Shown here piece by piece: positions 1-6,826 of a stretch of DNA of 25,131 nt. The stretch spans positions 1 through 25,131 of the forward strand of contig DVHA01000161.1 of NCBI GenBank assembly GCA_018712425.1, in the 5' to 3' direction. The position numbers and the translations under genes were made by a program. Positions within the stretch are counted from its first letter, which is position 1. Each line of letters opens with the position of its first letter. This DNA comes from Candidatus Faecivivens stercoravium. GTDB taxonomy: Bacteria; Bacillota; Clostridia; Oscillospirales; Ruminococcaceae. The notes beneath the pieces are model-generated. The model was given only the letters and a program-made list of their open reading frames with translations, did no database searches and was not told where the DNA came from.

Positions 1-165
1 AAGCTCACCCACGACCAGATCGCCCGGTATATGGGTTCCGCCCGGGAGGTCGTCTCCCGGATGCTGCGGTACTTTACCTCAGAAGGGATTGTGCGGGTCA
101 GCCGCGGGACGGTCGAGGTTATCGACAAAAAGAAACTGCGCTCGCTGGCGGGAAGGGAAAAATAA
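1..165 (+). CDS. Crp/Fnr family transcriptional regulator, C-terminal HTH only (5' part outside the window)
   Basis: Frame 1 reads KLTHDQIARYMGSAREVVSRMLRYFTSEGIVRVSRGTVEVIDKKKLRSLAGREK*. The T-H-x-x-I-A...G-S-x-R-E-V-V-S-R pattern is the Crp-type HTH. Confidence 0.9.
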   Translation, partial: KLTHDQIARYMGSAREVVSRMLRYFTSEGIVRVSRGTVEVIDKKKLRSLAGREK

Positions 166-193
166 AATCTTTCCCCCTTCATTCCATAACAAA

Positions 194-213
194 AAGCCCC
201 GGTTTCCCGGGGC
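194..213. terminator. GC hairpin between convergent crp/fnr and trxA, left copy of a 20-bp direct repeat
   Basis: aagccccggtttcccggggc (7-bp stem, 4-nt loop), preceded by an A run that gives a U tail on the minus strand. Identical copy at 401-420. Confidence 0.8.
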
Positions 214-400
214 GCAGCTCGTCGAAAAAGTCCCATTGACAGAGGAAAGATAACTTTTCGATGCGCTGTAAAATTTAAATCACATTTTTTCCGGCGGCAT
301 GTACGGCGGAAAAAATACCTTGATCCGGCGGGGTGTCGACCGCAGGGAGGCATGCAGTCCGGATGTTATCCTGTCGAAAAACTCGTTTTTCGACAGTCTC
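214..400. mobile_element. MITE-like non-autonomous element (IS1182-like ends) flanked by a duplicated terminator
   Basis: Left end cagctcgtcgaaaaagtc and right end gtttttcgacagtctc form imperfect TIRs with a gtcgaaaaa core. The flanks are an exact 20-bp direct repeat (194-213 and 401-420). The same end motifs recur at 1513-1760 and 22081-22100. Confidence 0.7.
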
Positions 401-432
401 AAGCCCCGGTTTCCCGGGGCCTGTGATGAAAC

Positions 433-741
433 TTACGAGATCAGCGCGAGGATATCCGCCTTCGGGCGGGCGCCAACCGCCTGCTCCACGACCTTGCCGC
501 CTTCAACGACGGCCAGTGTCGGGATGCTCATGACGCCGAACGCCTGGGCCAGTTCCGGCTGTTCGTCGACGTTGACCTTGCAGATCTTGACGGCGTCCTG
601 TTCACCGGCGATTTCGTCGATGATCGGGGAGACCATCCGGCAGGGGCCGCACCAGCTGGCCCAGAAATCGATGAGGACTTTTTTATCCGACTGAAGGACC
701 TCGGTTTCGAAGTTTTCTTTGGTAACGTGGATAACTGCCAT
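433..741 (-). CDS. trxA: Thioredoxin (102 aa)
   Basis: MAVIHVTKENFETEVLQSDKKVLIDFWASWCGPC with the WCGPC active site. ATG at 741 follows an AAAGGA RBS; the ORF-track extension to 894 is not supported. Confidence 0.95.
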   Translation of the reverse strand: MAVIHVTKENFETEVLQSDKKVLIDFWASWCGPCRMVSPIIDEIAGEQDAVKICKVNVDEQPELAQAFGVMSIPTLAVVEGGKVVEQAVGARPKADILALIS

Positions 742-810
742 GGAAAACCATCCTTTCTCACTGATAATCCGGTGAATCCCGGATATAGAATCTGTTTTTC
801 TGATGGTTAT

Positions 811-851
811 AGTATACCGCACAGCCGCCCCTTTTTCCGTGACAAAGTCAC
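811..851 (-). promoter_or_regulatory. Putative activator-dependent trxA promoter: -10 TATACT plus GTGAC-N3-GTCAC dyad centred near -41
   Basis: agtata at 811-816 reads TATACT on the minus strand. There is no consensus -35. The perfect dyad gtgac-aaa-gtcac lies at 839-851. Confidence 0.45.
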
Positions 852-923
852 CGATGGAGAGGAAAAATTGTGGTAGACTATAGACATAAATCAAATTCCC
901 TATATCAAAGGAGGTACATCCAA

Positions 924-1463
924 ATGAAAGAATTAAAAGGCACCAAAACCGAACAGAACCTGATGGAAGCGTTCGCCGGCGAATGCCAGGCCCGCACCAA
1001 GTACACCTACTACGCCTCCCAGGCGAAGAAGGACGGCTATGTCCAGATCGCCTCCCTCTTTGAAGAGACCGCCAACAACGAGAAGGAGCACGCGAAAATC
1101 TGGTTCAAGCTGCTCCACGACGGGATGCCTTCCACCCCCGAAAACCTCGTCGACGCCGCCAACGGCGAAAACTACGAATGGACCGATATGTACGACCGGA
1201 TGGCGAAGGAAGCGGAGGAAGAAGGCTTCACCAAAATCGCCGCCCTCTTCAAGATGGTCGGCGCGATCGAAAAGGAACATGAAGAGCGCTACCGCAAGCT
1301 GCTCGCCAACATCGAGGGCGGGCTAGTCTTCTCCCGCGACGGGGATATGATCTGGCAGTGCGCCAACTGCGGCCACATTGTCGTCGGCAAAAAGGCCCCC
1401 GAAATCTGCCCGGTCTGCTCGCATCCGCAGTCCTATTTCCAGATTAAGGCGGAAAATTACTAA
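924..1463 (+). CDS. rbr: Rubrerythrin (179 aa)
   Basis: [24 protein letters not shown] start, diiron ExxH motifs (EKEH twice) and C-terminal rubredoxin-like CANC...CPVC. AAGGAGG RBS precedes ATG 924; an extended -10 (tgtgg-tagact) lies at 869-879. Confidence 0.95.
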   Translation: MKELKGTKTEQNLMEAFAGECQARTKYTYYASQAKKDGYVQIASLFEETANNEKEHAKIWFKLLHDGMPSTPENLVDAANGENYEWTDMYDRMAKEAEEEGFTKIAALFKMVGAIEKEHEERYRKLLANIEGGLVFSRDGDMIWQCANCGHIVVGKKAPEICPVCSHPQSYFQIKAENY

Positions 1464-1479
1464 TACCTTGTAAGTCAAA

Positions 1480-1512
1480 AAGGCCGTCCCGATGGTAAAT
1501 CGGGGCGGCCTT
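1480..1512. terminator. Hairpin between convergent rbr and the metallophosphoesterase gene, left copy of a 33-bp direct repeat
   Basis: aaggccgtcccgat-ggtaa-atcggggcggcctt (14-bp stem with one wobble). Identical copy at 1761-1793. Confidence 0.8.
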
Positions 1513-1760
1513 CAGTTTGTCTAAAAGTCTTTTTTGAGTATTTTTTGAGTGCTGCGCACCCTTCGTTATCAGTGCCAAAGCTGTGGTCAGCTTCGGAAGT
1601 ACGGAAAGTGGGCGCCTGGGAAGGGGCTCTGCCCCTTCCATTCCCGCAAACCCTTTAAAAAGGGTTTGATCCTAAACTTCTGATCGTCACCCGTTTCTTT
1701 GTCACTTTAACGTCAGCACCGATTCTTATGTTTCCGAAAAACTTGTTTTTCGACAGTCAG
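1513..1760. mobile_element. 248-bp MITE-like element flanked by a 33-bp duplication of the terminator
   Basis: Left end cagtttgtctaaaagtc, right end aaacttgtttttcgacagtcag, exact 33-bp flanking direct repeat. The interior is highly similar to 21876-22100. Confidence 0.8.
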
Positions 1761-1861
1761 AAGGCCGTCCCGATGGTAAATCGGGGCGGCCTTTTCGCAT
1801 TGGCACGCTTTTTGCCGGGCGCAGCCCGGGAAAATGCCTGCAAGATAAATATTAACGAATA

Positions 1862-2584
1862 TTAGTCCTGGAGGGCGGGGTCTTCCGCCGTGGAGAGGTA
1901 GTACTGCCAGCCGGTATTGAGGCAGACTGCGGCGAGGTTCTCGCCGTACCCGGCCCCCGCGTCCATACAGATATGGTCGCCCTTCACACTTGTAACAATC
2001 TTCCCGCGGTACTGTTCGCCGATCAGGAAGGTCGGGGTATGACCGGTGACGAGGATTTTGCCGGGGAAGGGGTTTTCCTCCGGGAGGGAATGGCTAAAGA
2101 GGAAGTCTTCCGGATGGTAGGCGGAAGGCTCCCAGCCCCCTTCGTCCGGGGCGGCATGCATCAGGAGGTAATCCTTCCCGCCGGCGCGGACCTCCTCGTA
2201 GAGGGAAAATTCGGCGAGGTATTCCAGCACCTGCGCCCGCTCCGCGGAGGTGAGGCGCCGGTAGGCGTCGATGGTGACGGCGCCGGAGTCGGAGACCCAC
2301 TTGGCGAGCCGACGCTTTAAGGCGGGGCTGGGCGGGGTCTCGGGGGCCTTGGCGGCATCGGCCAGCGAGGCCAGCGAAATCGCTGCCATATACTCGTGGT
2401 TGCCGAGCAGGGGGATGACGTTCGGGCGCATCATCATGTCCATCAGCACTTTGATGCCGTCCTTCCCCCGGTCGATGACGTCGCCGAGGATATAGAGGGT
2501 ATCGGACTCCCGCAGCCCGATCTTCTCAAGCATCTTCAGGTAGGTTTGATAGCAGCCGTGGATATCGGACATGACGTAGATCAT
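1862..2584 (-). CDS. Calcineurin-like metallophosphoesterase (bacterial Ser/Thr phosphatase-like)
   Basis: Motifs SDIHG, LGDVIDRG, GNHE, H and GHTP appear in the canonical order. Confidence 0.9.
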   Translation of the reverse strand: MIYVMSDIHGCYQTYLKMLEKIGLRESDTLYILGDVIDRGKDGIKVLMDMMMRPNVIPLLGNHEYMAAISLASLADAAKAPETPPSPALKRRLAKWVSDSGAVTIDAYRRLTSAERAQVLEYLAEFSLYEEVRAGGKDYLLMHAAPDEGGWEPSAYHPEDFLFSHSLPEENPFPGKILVTGHTPTFLIGEQYRGKIVTSVKGDHICMDAGAGYGENLAAVCLNTGWQYYLSTAEDPALQD

Positions 2585-2631
2585 CGGTAAACTCCCTTTC
2601 CCGCGCCGGTGCGCGTCGTTCTGTTAAGTTT

Positions 2632-2660
2632 ATTGTAGCATATTCAGCGGGAAGTCTCAA
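2632..2660 (-). promoter_or_regulatory. SigA-type promoter of the metallophosphoesterase gene
   Basis: Minus strand reads TTGAGA-17 bp-TACAAT with TG upstream of the -10. Confidence 0.55.
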
Positions 2661-2733
2661 GATGGGAAACAGAAAAATCTCTAAAAATATTTTTAAGCGG
2701 AGGAAAAAGATGGGCAGAGTGTGGAAAACCGCA

Positions 2734-2762
2734 TTGACCCGGCCCGAAAACTCTGATAAAAT
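2734..2762 (+). promoter_or_regulatory. SigA-type promoter of the lipoprotein pair
   Basis: TTGACC (2734-2739), 17-bp spacer, TAAAAT (2757-2762), with a TG extension. Confidence 0.6.
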
Positions 2763-2785
2763 AAAGATAGAAAGGCGGTGGTGGG

Positions 2786-3586
2786 ATGAAAAAATGGCGG
2801 ATGATATGGGGCGCTGTTATTTTGGCGGGGATGCTTGGCGGATGCCAGGCGAAAGAACTGCCGGAAGACCCTTTGGATATGGTTGAAAAGTGGTTTGGAA
2901 AGTCTGAAAGCCGGGTTGTCCATACTTTCGGGCTGGATGAGGAAGGGTGGACTACGAAAGAAGGGGGACAAAAGCAGGGGTTTTCCGACCGCATAGAAGA
3001 ATATTCGTTCAGGGTCTATCAGCGGACGGCTGAACTGGAAGGCGGCGGAACAGTGGAGGCTTCCATCCGTTTTGTTGAAGACAGAGGGATGGATCTTATA
3101 ATTTACGACGGCCGGGATATCCCCACCAGCCGGGAAAGTTTTTATACCGACGTCATGGCGTTTTATGAACGGAGCGTCGATCTATTCGGGGAACCGGCAA
3201 TTTCAACCGAGGAAAAAGAAGAATCCCGTCAGCAGTATGATTCTGTATTCCCGTATGCCATAACAATGGTCCTTCCGATGCAGACCGAAGGGCTTGACTG
3301 GACGGATTACGGGGATATTGATTCTTTTTATCAGATAACTTCGTCTCAATATCAAAAAAACGACGGCCAACCGGCCGCTTACCAGCTCAGGAGCTTCTGG
3401 TGGGATGCATCGGACGAGATGCCTTTTACCGAAGTCGGCATTCGGATTGATTACCACAATCCGGACAGTGAGAATATGACCTTCGATTATTACTTCACCT
3501 GCTGCTCCAGCATCATCTACTGGGACGTGTATCAGGATAAAATGCGCATCAGGGAGGAAGCCGGTCATGAAACAAATGCGGAATAG
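2786..3586 (+). CDS. Lipoprotein of unknown function
   Basis: Basic N-terminus, hydrophobic stretch and LGGC lipobox. Shares EGLDWTxYG and other blocks with the next gene. Confidence 0.8.
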   Translation: MKKWRMIWGAVILAGMLGGCQAKELPEDPLDMVEKWFGKSESRVVHTFGLDEEGWTTKEGGQKQGFSDRIEEYSFRVYQRTAELEGGGTVEASIRFVEDRGMDLIIYDGRDIPTSRESFYTDVMAFYERSVDLFGEPAISTEEKEESRQQYDSVFPYAITMVLPMQTEGLDWTDYGDIDSFYQITSSQYQKNDGQPAAYQLRSFWWDASDEMPFTEVGIRIDYHNPDSENMTFDYYFTCCSSIIYWDVYQDKMRIREEAGHETNAE

Positions 3587-4325
3587 GAAACTTTGGATTC
3601 TCCCCTGCCTTGCGGGGGTTCTGCTGCTCGGCGGGTGCAGTTCTTCTGGCATACCGATGGCGGGCCTGGAACTGTACGACCGCTATTTTGGACAGCCGGA
3701 AGAAAAAGTCGCGGAAGAGTATAATCTCGGCTGGGACTGGACACGGGAGGAATCGGCCGGCAGAGACTTTCAAGACAACGACTATCAGGCCGTCACTTAC
3801 ACCTGGACGGTAAACCCCGACGGCGGCGGAAGTGTGACGATTGAACTGGTTTTTGTCGAGGAGTTCGGCCTTGTCGGAATCCACTACCAGGCGGGCGCTG
3901 TTCCGACCGACCGGGAAACTTTTTTTGAAAACGCAATGGCGCTCTACAATTGGTGTGAAGACCGCTTTGGGGAACCGGGGCTGGCGACGGAACAGGATAA
4001 GGCAGAATTCGAACGGTATCTGGCCGCCATTTGGAGCCCGAACGGGATGTATGGCATGCCGCAGAGTGAAGGGCTGGACTGGACGGCCTATGGGGAGGAT
4101 GTAGAAAGCTTTTTTGAAAATACTTATGAGGATACTTTCTTCGGCTGCTTAAACGAATACGGGAAATCTTCGCTAACCACCATCTGGTGGGGAACAGAAG
4201 AAAAATTTCCGGGGACAAACGTCGAACTAAAGGCCGAATGTATCAACCCTTATAACAACGACACCAACGCCAACTATGAAATCACCTTCAGGCGGGACGT
4301 GACCGACTGGCCAGAAAAAGACTAA
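3567..4325 (+). CDS. Lipoprotein of unknown function, paralog of 2786-3586
   Basis: LLLGGC lipobox, GGAGG RBS before ATG 3567, 20-bp overlap with the upstream gene. MPQSEGLDWTAYGED aligns with LPMQTEGLDWTDYGD. Confidence 0.8.
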   Translation: MKQMRNRKLWILPCLAGVLLLGGCSSSGIPMAGLELYDRYFGQPEEKVAEEYNLGWDWTREESAGRDFQDNDYQAVTYTWTVNPDGGGSVTIELVFVEEFGLVGIHYQAGAVPTDRETFFENAMALYNWCEDRFGEPGLATEQDKAEFERYLAAIWSPNGMYGMPQSEGLDWTAYGEDVESFFENTYEDTFFGCLNEYGKSSLTTIWWGTEEKFPGTNVELKAECINPYNNDTNANYEITFRRDVTDWPEKD

Positions 4326-4378
4326 CCCCACCTCCCCCGCCCTCATCCCCTTTACCCCCTTAAAAAGTCAATGCGCAG

Positions 4379-4414
4379 TTTCCACAAAGGGACCACGCTC
4401 CCCTTTGTGGGAAA
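4379..4414 (+). terminator. Hairpin downstream of the lipoprotein pair
   Basis: tttccacaaaggg ... ccctttgtgggaaa inverted repeat. Confidence 0.55.
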
Positions 4415-4456
4415 GGCTGAAAAGCTGTTTATTTATACCTTATCTATAATAAGCTA

Positions 4457-4526
4457 TTGAATTCCGGCGGGAAATCGTGTAAAATGAAAACATACGGCAA
4501 TGGAAGAAACTTCCGAAACCGCCCGT
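4457..4526 (+). promoter_or_regulatory. SigA promoter of the GH3 gene followed by a motif shared with the pgmB leader
   Basis: TTGAAT-17-TAAAAT (4457-4485), then GGAAGaaacTTCCgAAACCGCCcGT (4502-4526). Confidence 0.6.
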
Positions 4527-4557
4527 ATCCATCAACCGTGAATGGAGGATCAGCAAA

Positions 4558-6258
4558 ATGTTTGATTACAGAGCAAAACCCTTTAACCTGGATGACGAGG
4601 ACGTCGCCTGGGTGGAAAAGACCTTCTCCGAAATGACCGAGGACGAGAAGATCCAATCCCTCTTCTTCCCCTGCATGCGCAACTACGACGAAGCGTCGAT
4701 CGACGAGCTGCTGGATACCCTGCACCCCTGCGGCGTCATGTACCGGCCCTGCTCCGCTGAGGAAGCGGTCAACGCCACCAATATGTTCCGCAAAAAGTGC
4801 AAGATCCCGATGCTGATCGCCGCGAACCTCGAAAAGGGCGGCAACGGCATCGTCAACGAGGGCACCCTCATCGGCGCGCCGCTCCAGATCGCCGCGACCG
4901 ACAATGTCGAAAACGCCAGACGCCTCGGCATCCTCTGCGCCCGCGAGGGCAAAGCGGTCGGCGCGAACTACGCTTTCGCCCCGATCATCGACATCGACTA
5001 TAACTTTAGAAACCCCATCACCAACACCCGTACCTTCGGTTCCGACCCCGCCCGGGTCGCCGCCTTCGGCGCCGCTTACACCGAAGAGTGCCAGAAGCTG
5101 GGGGTTTGCGTCTCGATCAAGCACTTCCCCGGCGACGGCCGCGACGAGCGCGACCAGCACCTGGTCACCTCGATCAACGATATGTCCTGCGAAGACTGGA
5201 TGGCCACCTACGGCAACAACTACAAGGCTTCGATCGACAAAGGGGCCCTCACCGTCATGGTCGGCCATATCATGCAGCCCGCCTGGCAGAAACGGATTAA
5301 CCCCGACCTGAAGGACGAGGATATCATGCCCGCGACCCTGTCGCCCGAACTGATCGGGCCGGAAGGGCTCCTGCGGAAATACCTCGGCTTCAACGGCGTT
5401 ATCTGCACCGACGCCACCACAATGGCCGGCTTCACCATCCCGATGGACAGAAGCAAATCCGTCCCCTACTCGATCGCCTGCGGCGCCGATATCTTCCTGT
5501 TCAACAAGAACATGGAAGAAGACCTCGAGTATATGCGCAAGGGCGTTGCCGACGGCGTCATCACCAAAGAGCGCCTCGACGAAGCGGTTAAGCGCGTCCT
5601 CGCCCTCAAGGCTGCCCTCAAGCTCTATAAGCAGACCGAAGACCTGAAGGTGGAAGATGCCCTCGCGGTCCTGGGCTGTGAAGAACACCAGCAGTGGGCG
5701 AAGGAAGTCGCCGACCAGGCGGTCACCCTCGTCAAAGAGGAAAAGGGCGTCCTCCCGCTCGACCCAGTCCACAAGAAGAGAGTCCTCTACTGCCCGATCG
5801 AATCCGAACAGGGTGTTTCTTACTCGGTCAAGGCTGGCGTCTGCGACCACTTCAAACAGCTGCTGGAGAAGGAAGGCTTTGAAGTCACAACCTTTGTCCC
5901 CGCACCGATGTTTGAAGGCAAGACCCCCCGTCAGGACGAGGTCACCAAGGGCTATGACTACATCATCTACCTGGCCAATATGTCCACCAAGTCCAACCAG
6001 ACCACCGTCCGCATCGAGTGGCAGCAGCCGATGGGCGCCAACTGCCCCCATTATGTCAACTCGGTCCCGACCATCTTCATCTCGGTCGAGAACCCCTACC
6101 ACCTGCTGGACGTGCCGCGTGTCAAGACCTTCATCAACGCCTACAACTCCAACGACTATGTCCTGGATGCGATTATCGACAAGATCATGGGCAGAAGCGA
6201 GTTCAAGGGCAAAAACCCGGTCGACCCCTTCTGCGGCAAGTGGGACACCAGACTCTAA
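4558..6258 (+). CDS. GH3 glycoside hydrolase of the Nag3/BglP type, probable beta-glucoside / beta-N-acetylglucosaminide phosphorylase
   Basis: GH3 motifs ANLEKG, DIDYNFRNPITNTRTFG, KHFPGDGRDERDQH, MVGH and nucleophile TDATTM. The N-terminus (KPFNLD) and C-terminus (PVDPFCGKWDTRL) match, from recall, Cellulomonas fimi Nag3. GGAGG RBS present. Confidence 0.9.
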   Translation: MFDYRAKPFNLDDEDVAWVEKTFSEMTEDEKIQSLFFPCMRNYDEASIDELLDTLHPCGVMYRPCSAEEAVNATNMFRKKCKIPMLIAANLEKGGNGIVNEGTLIGAPLQIAATDNVENARRLGILCAREGKAVGANYAFAPIIDIDYNFRNPITNTRTFGSDPARVAAFGAAYTEECQKLGVCVSIKHFPGDGRDERDQHLVTSINDMSCEDWMATYGNNYKASIDKGALTVMVGHIMQPAWQKRINPDLKDEDIMPATLSPELIGPEGLLRKYLGFNGVICTDATTMAGFTIPMDRSKSVPYSIACGADIFLFNKNMEEDLEYMRKGVADGVITKERLDEAVKRVLALKAALKLYKQTEDLKVEDALAVLGCEEHQQWAKEVADQAVTLVKEEKGVLPLDPVHKKRVLYCPIESEQGVSYSVKAGVCDHFKQLLEKEGFEVTTFVPAPMFEGKTPRQDEVTKGYDYIIYLANMSTKSNQTTVRIEWQQPMGANCPHYVNSVPTIFISVENPYHLLDVPRVKTFINAYNSNDYVLDAIIDKIMGRSEFKGKNPVDPFCGKWDTRL

Positions 6259-6303
6259 TCGGCGAACCGCGCCGCTGATGCGCCGCATTTCGCCGGGATA
6301 AGA

Positions 6304-6336
6304 GTTTGTTTGCCGGGCTGCGCCCGGCAAACAAAC
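6304..6336. repeat. Perfect 15-bp-stem palindrome with a REP-like GGGCTGCGCCC core
   Basis: gtttgtttgccgggc-tgc-gcccggcaaacaaac. Nineteen nt of it (6313-6331) recur inverted at 1811-1829. Confidence 0.65.
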
Positions 6337-6371
6337 GATAACGAATCGCACCGGGTTTTACCCGGTAAAGG

Positions 6372-6400
6372 GAAAGGCTCGCGGAAACGCGGGCCTTTTC
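6372..6400 (+). terminator. Probable intrinsic terminator after the GH3 gene
   Basis: gaaaggctcgcg-gaaa-cgcgggccttttc stem-loop with a T tail. Confidence 0.6.
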
Positions 6401-6500
6401 TGGTGATTTTTCAAAGCTCTTTGTTGCTGCGCACATTTCATTTTGTCTGTAATTTTAGCGTCAACGTCGACTGCTACGTTTGTAGAGGAGGTACAACTGA

Positions 6501-6695
6501 ATGGACAAGAATAAAGTGTACTCCGTGTCTCAAGAATGCGAAACCCACGTCTGGAGGAAATCGCCCCCTTCAATCTTTCTCATTTTCCTTTCCGCCTTTA
6601 CTGTCCTGTTCCTGCTAGGCTGTGGGCTTCTGGCCTGTATAAACTATCTACGGACTTTTTTGACGAACAGTAGAGTCCAGTCTGACAAAAAATAA
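6501..6695 (+). CDS. Small (64 aa) single-pass membrane protein of unknown function
   Basis: Strong AGAGGAGG RBS upstream of the ATG and one hydrophobic segment (SIFLIFLSAFTVLFLLGCGLLACI). Confidence 0.55.
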   Translation: MDKNKVYSVSQECETHVWRKSPPSIFLIFLSAFTVLFLLGCGLLACINYLRTFLTNSRVQSDKK

Positions 6696-6725
6696 ACATT
6701 TTTCCCTATCTTTACTGAAAACCCC

Positions 6726-6789
6726 TTGCCTTTTTCTGTAAAAACCGGTATAATTATCTTATACGGAAGCGGTTTCCAAAACCGCCTGT
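6726..6789 (+). promoter_or_regulatory. SigA promoter of pgmB followed by a LacI-like operator and the shared motif
   Basis: TTGCCT-17-TATAAT (6726-6754), then GGAAGcggtTTCCaAAACCGCCtGT (6765-6789). Confidence 0.6.
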
Positions 6790-6826
6790 CTGCGTATTAA
6801 AAATTTAGCGTAAAGGAATGGTTCCC

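Noticed and set aside
1444-1641. Small ORFs within the repeated elements (299-694, 1444-1641, 21840-22034, 21853-22152)
   Set aside because: Frames are not preserved between the two element copies, and there is no RBS or transposase motif.
194-1793. CRISPR array or prophage att sites suggested by the direct repeats
   Set aside because: Each repeat occurs only twice, about 190-250 bp apart, coincides with a terminator, and there are no cas or integrase genes.
4558-6258. nagZ peptidoglycan-recycling hexosaminidase
   Set aside because: The signature is KHFPGDG...DQH rather than KHFPGHG...DSH, there is no signal peptide, and no mur/ami recycling genes are adjacent, so no gene symbol was assigned.
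4444-6351. 635-aa antisense ORF opposite the GH3 gene
   Set aside because: A shadow frame produced by the strong codon bias of the sense gene; it has no recognisable motifs or RBS.
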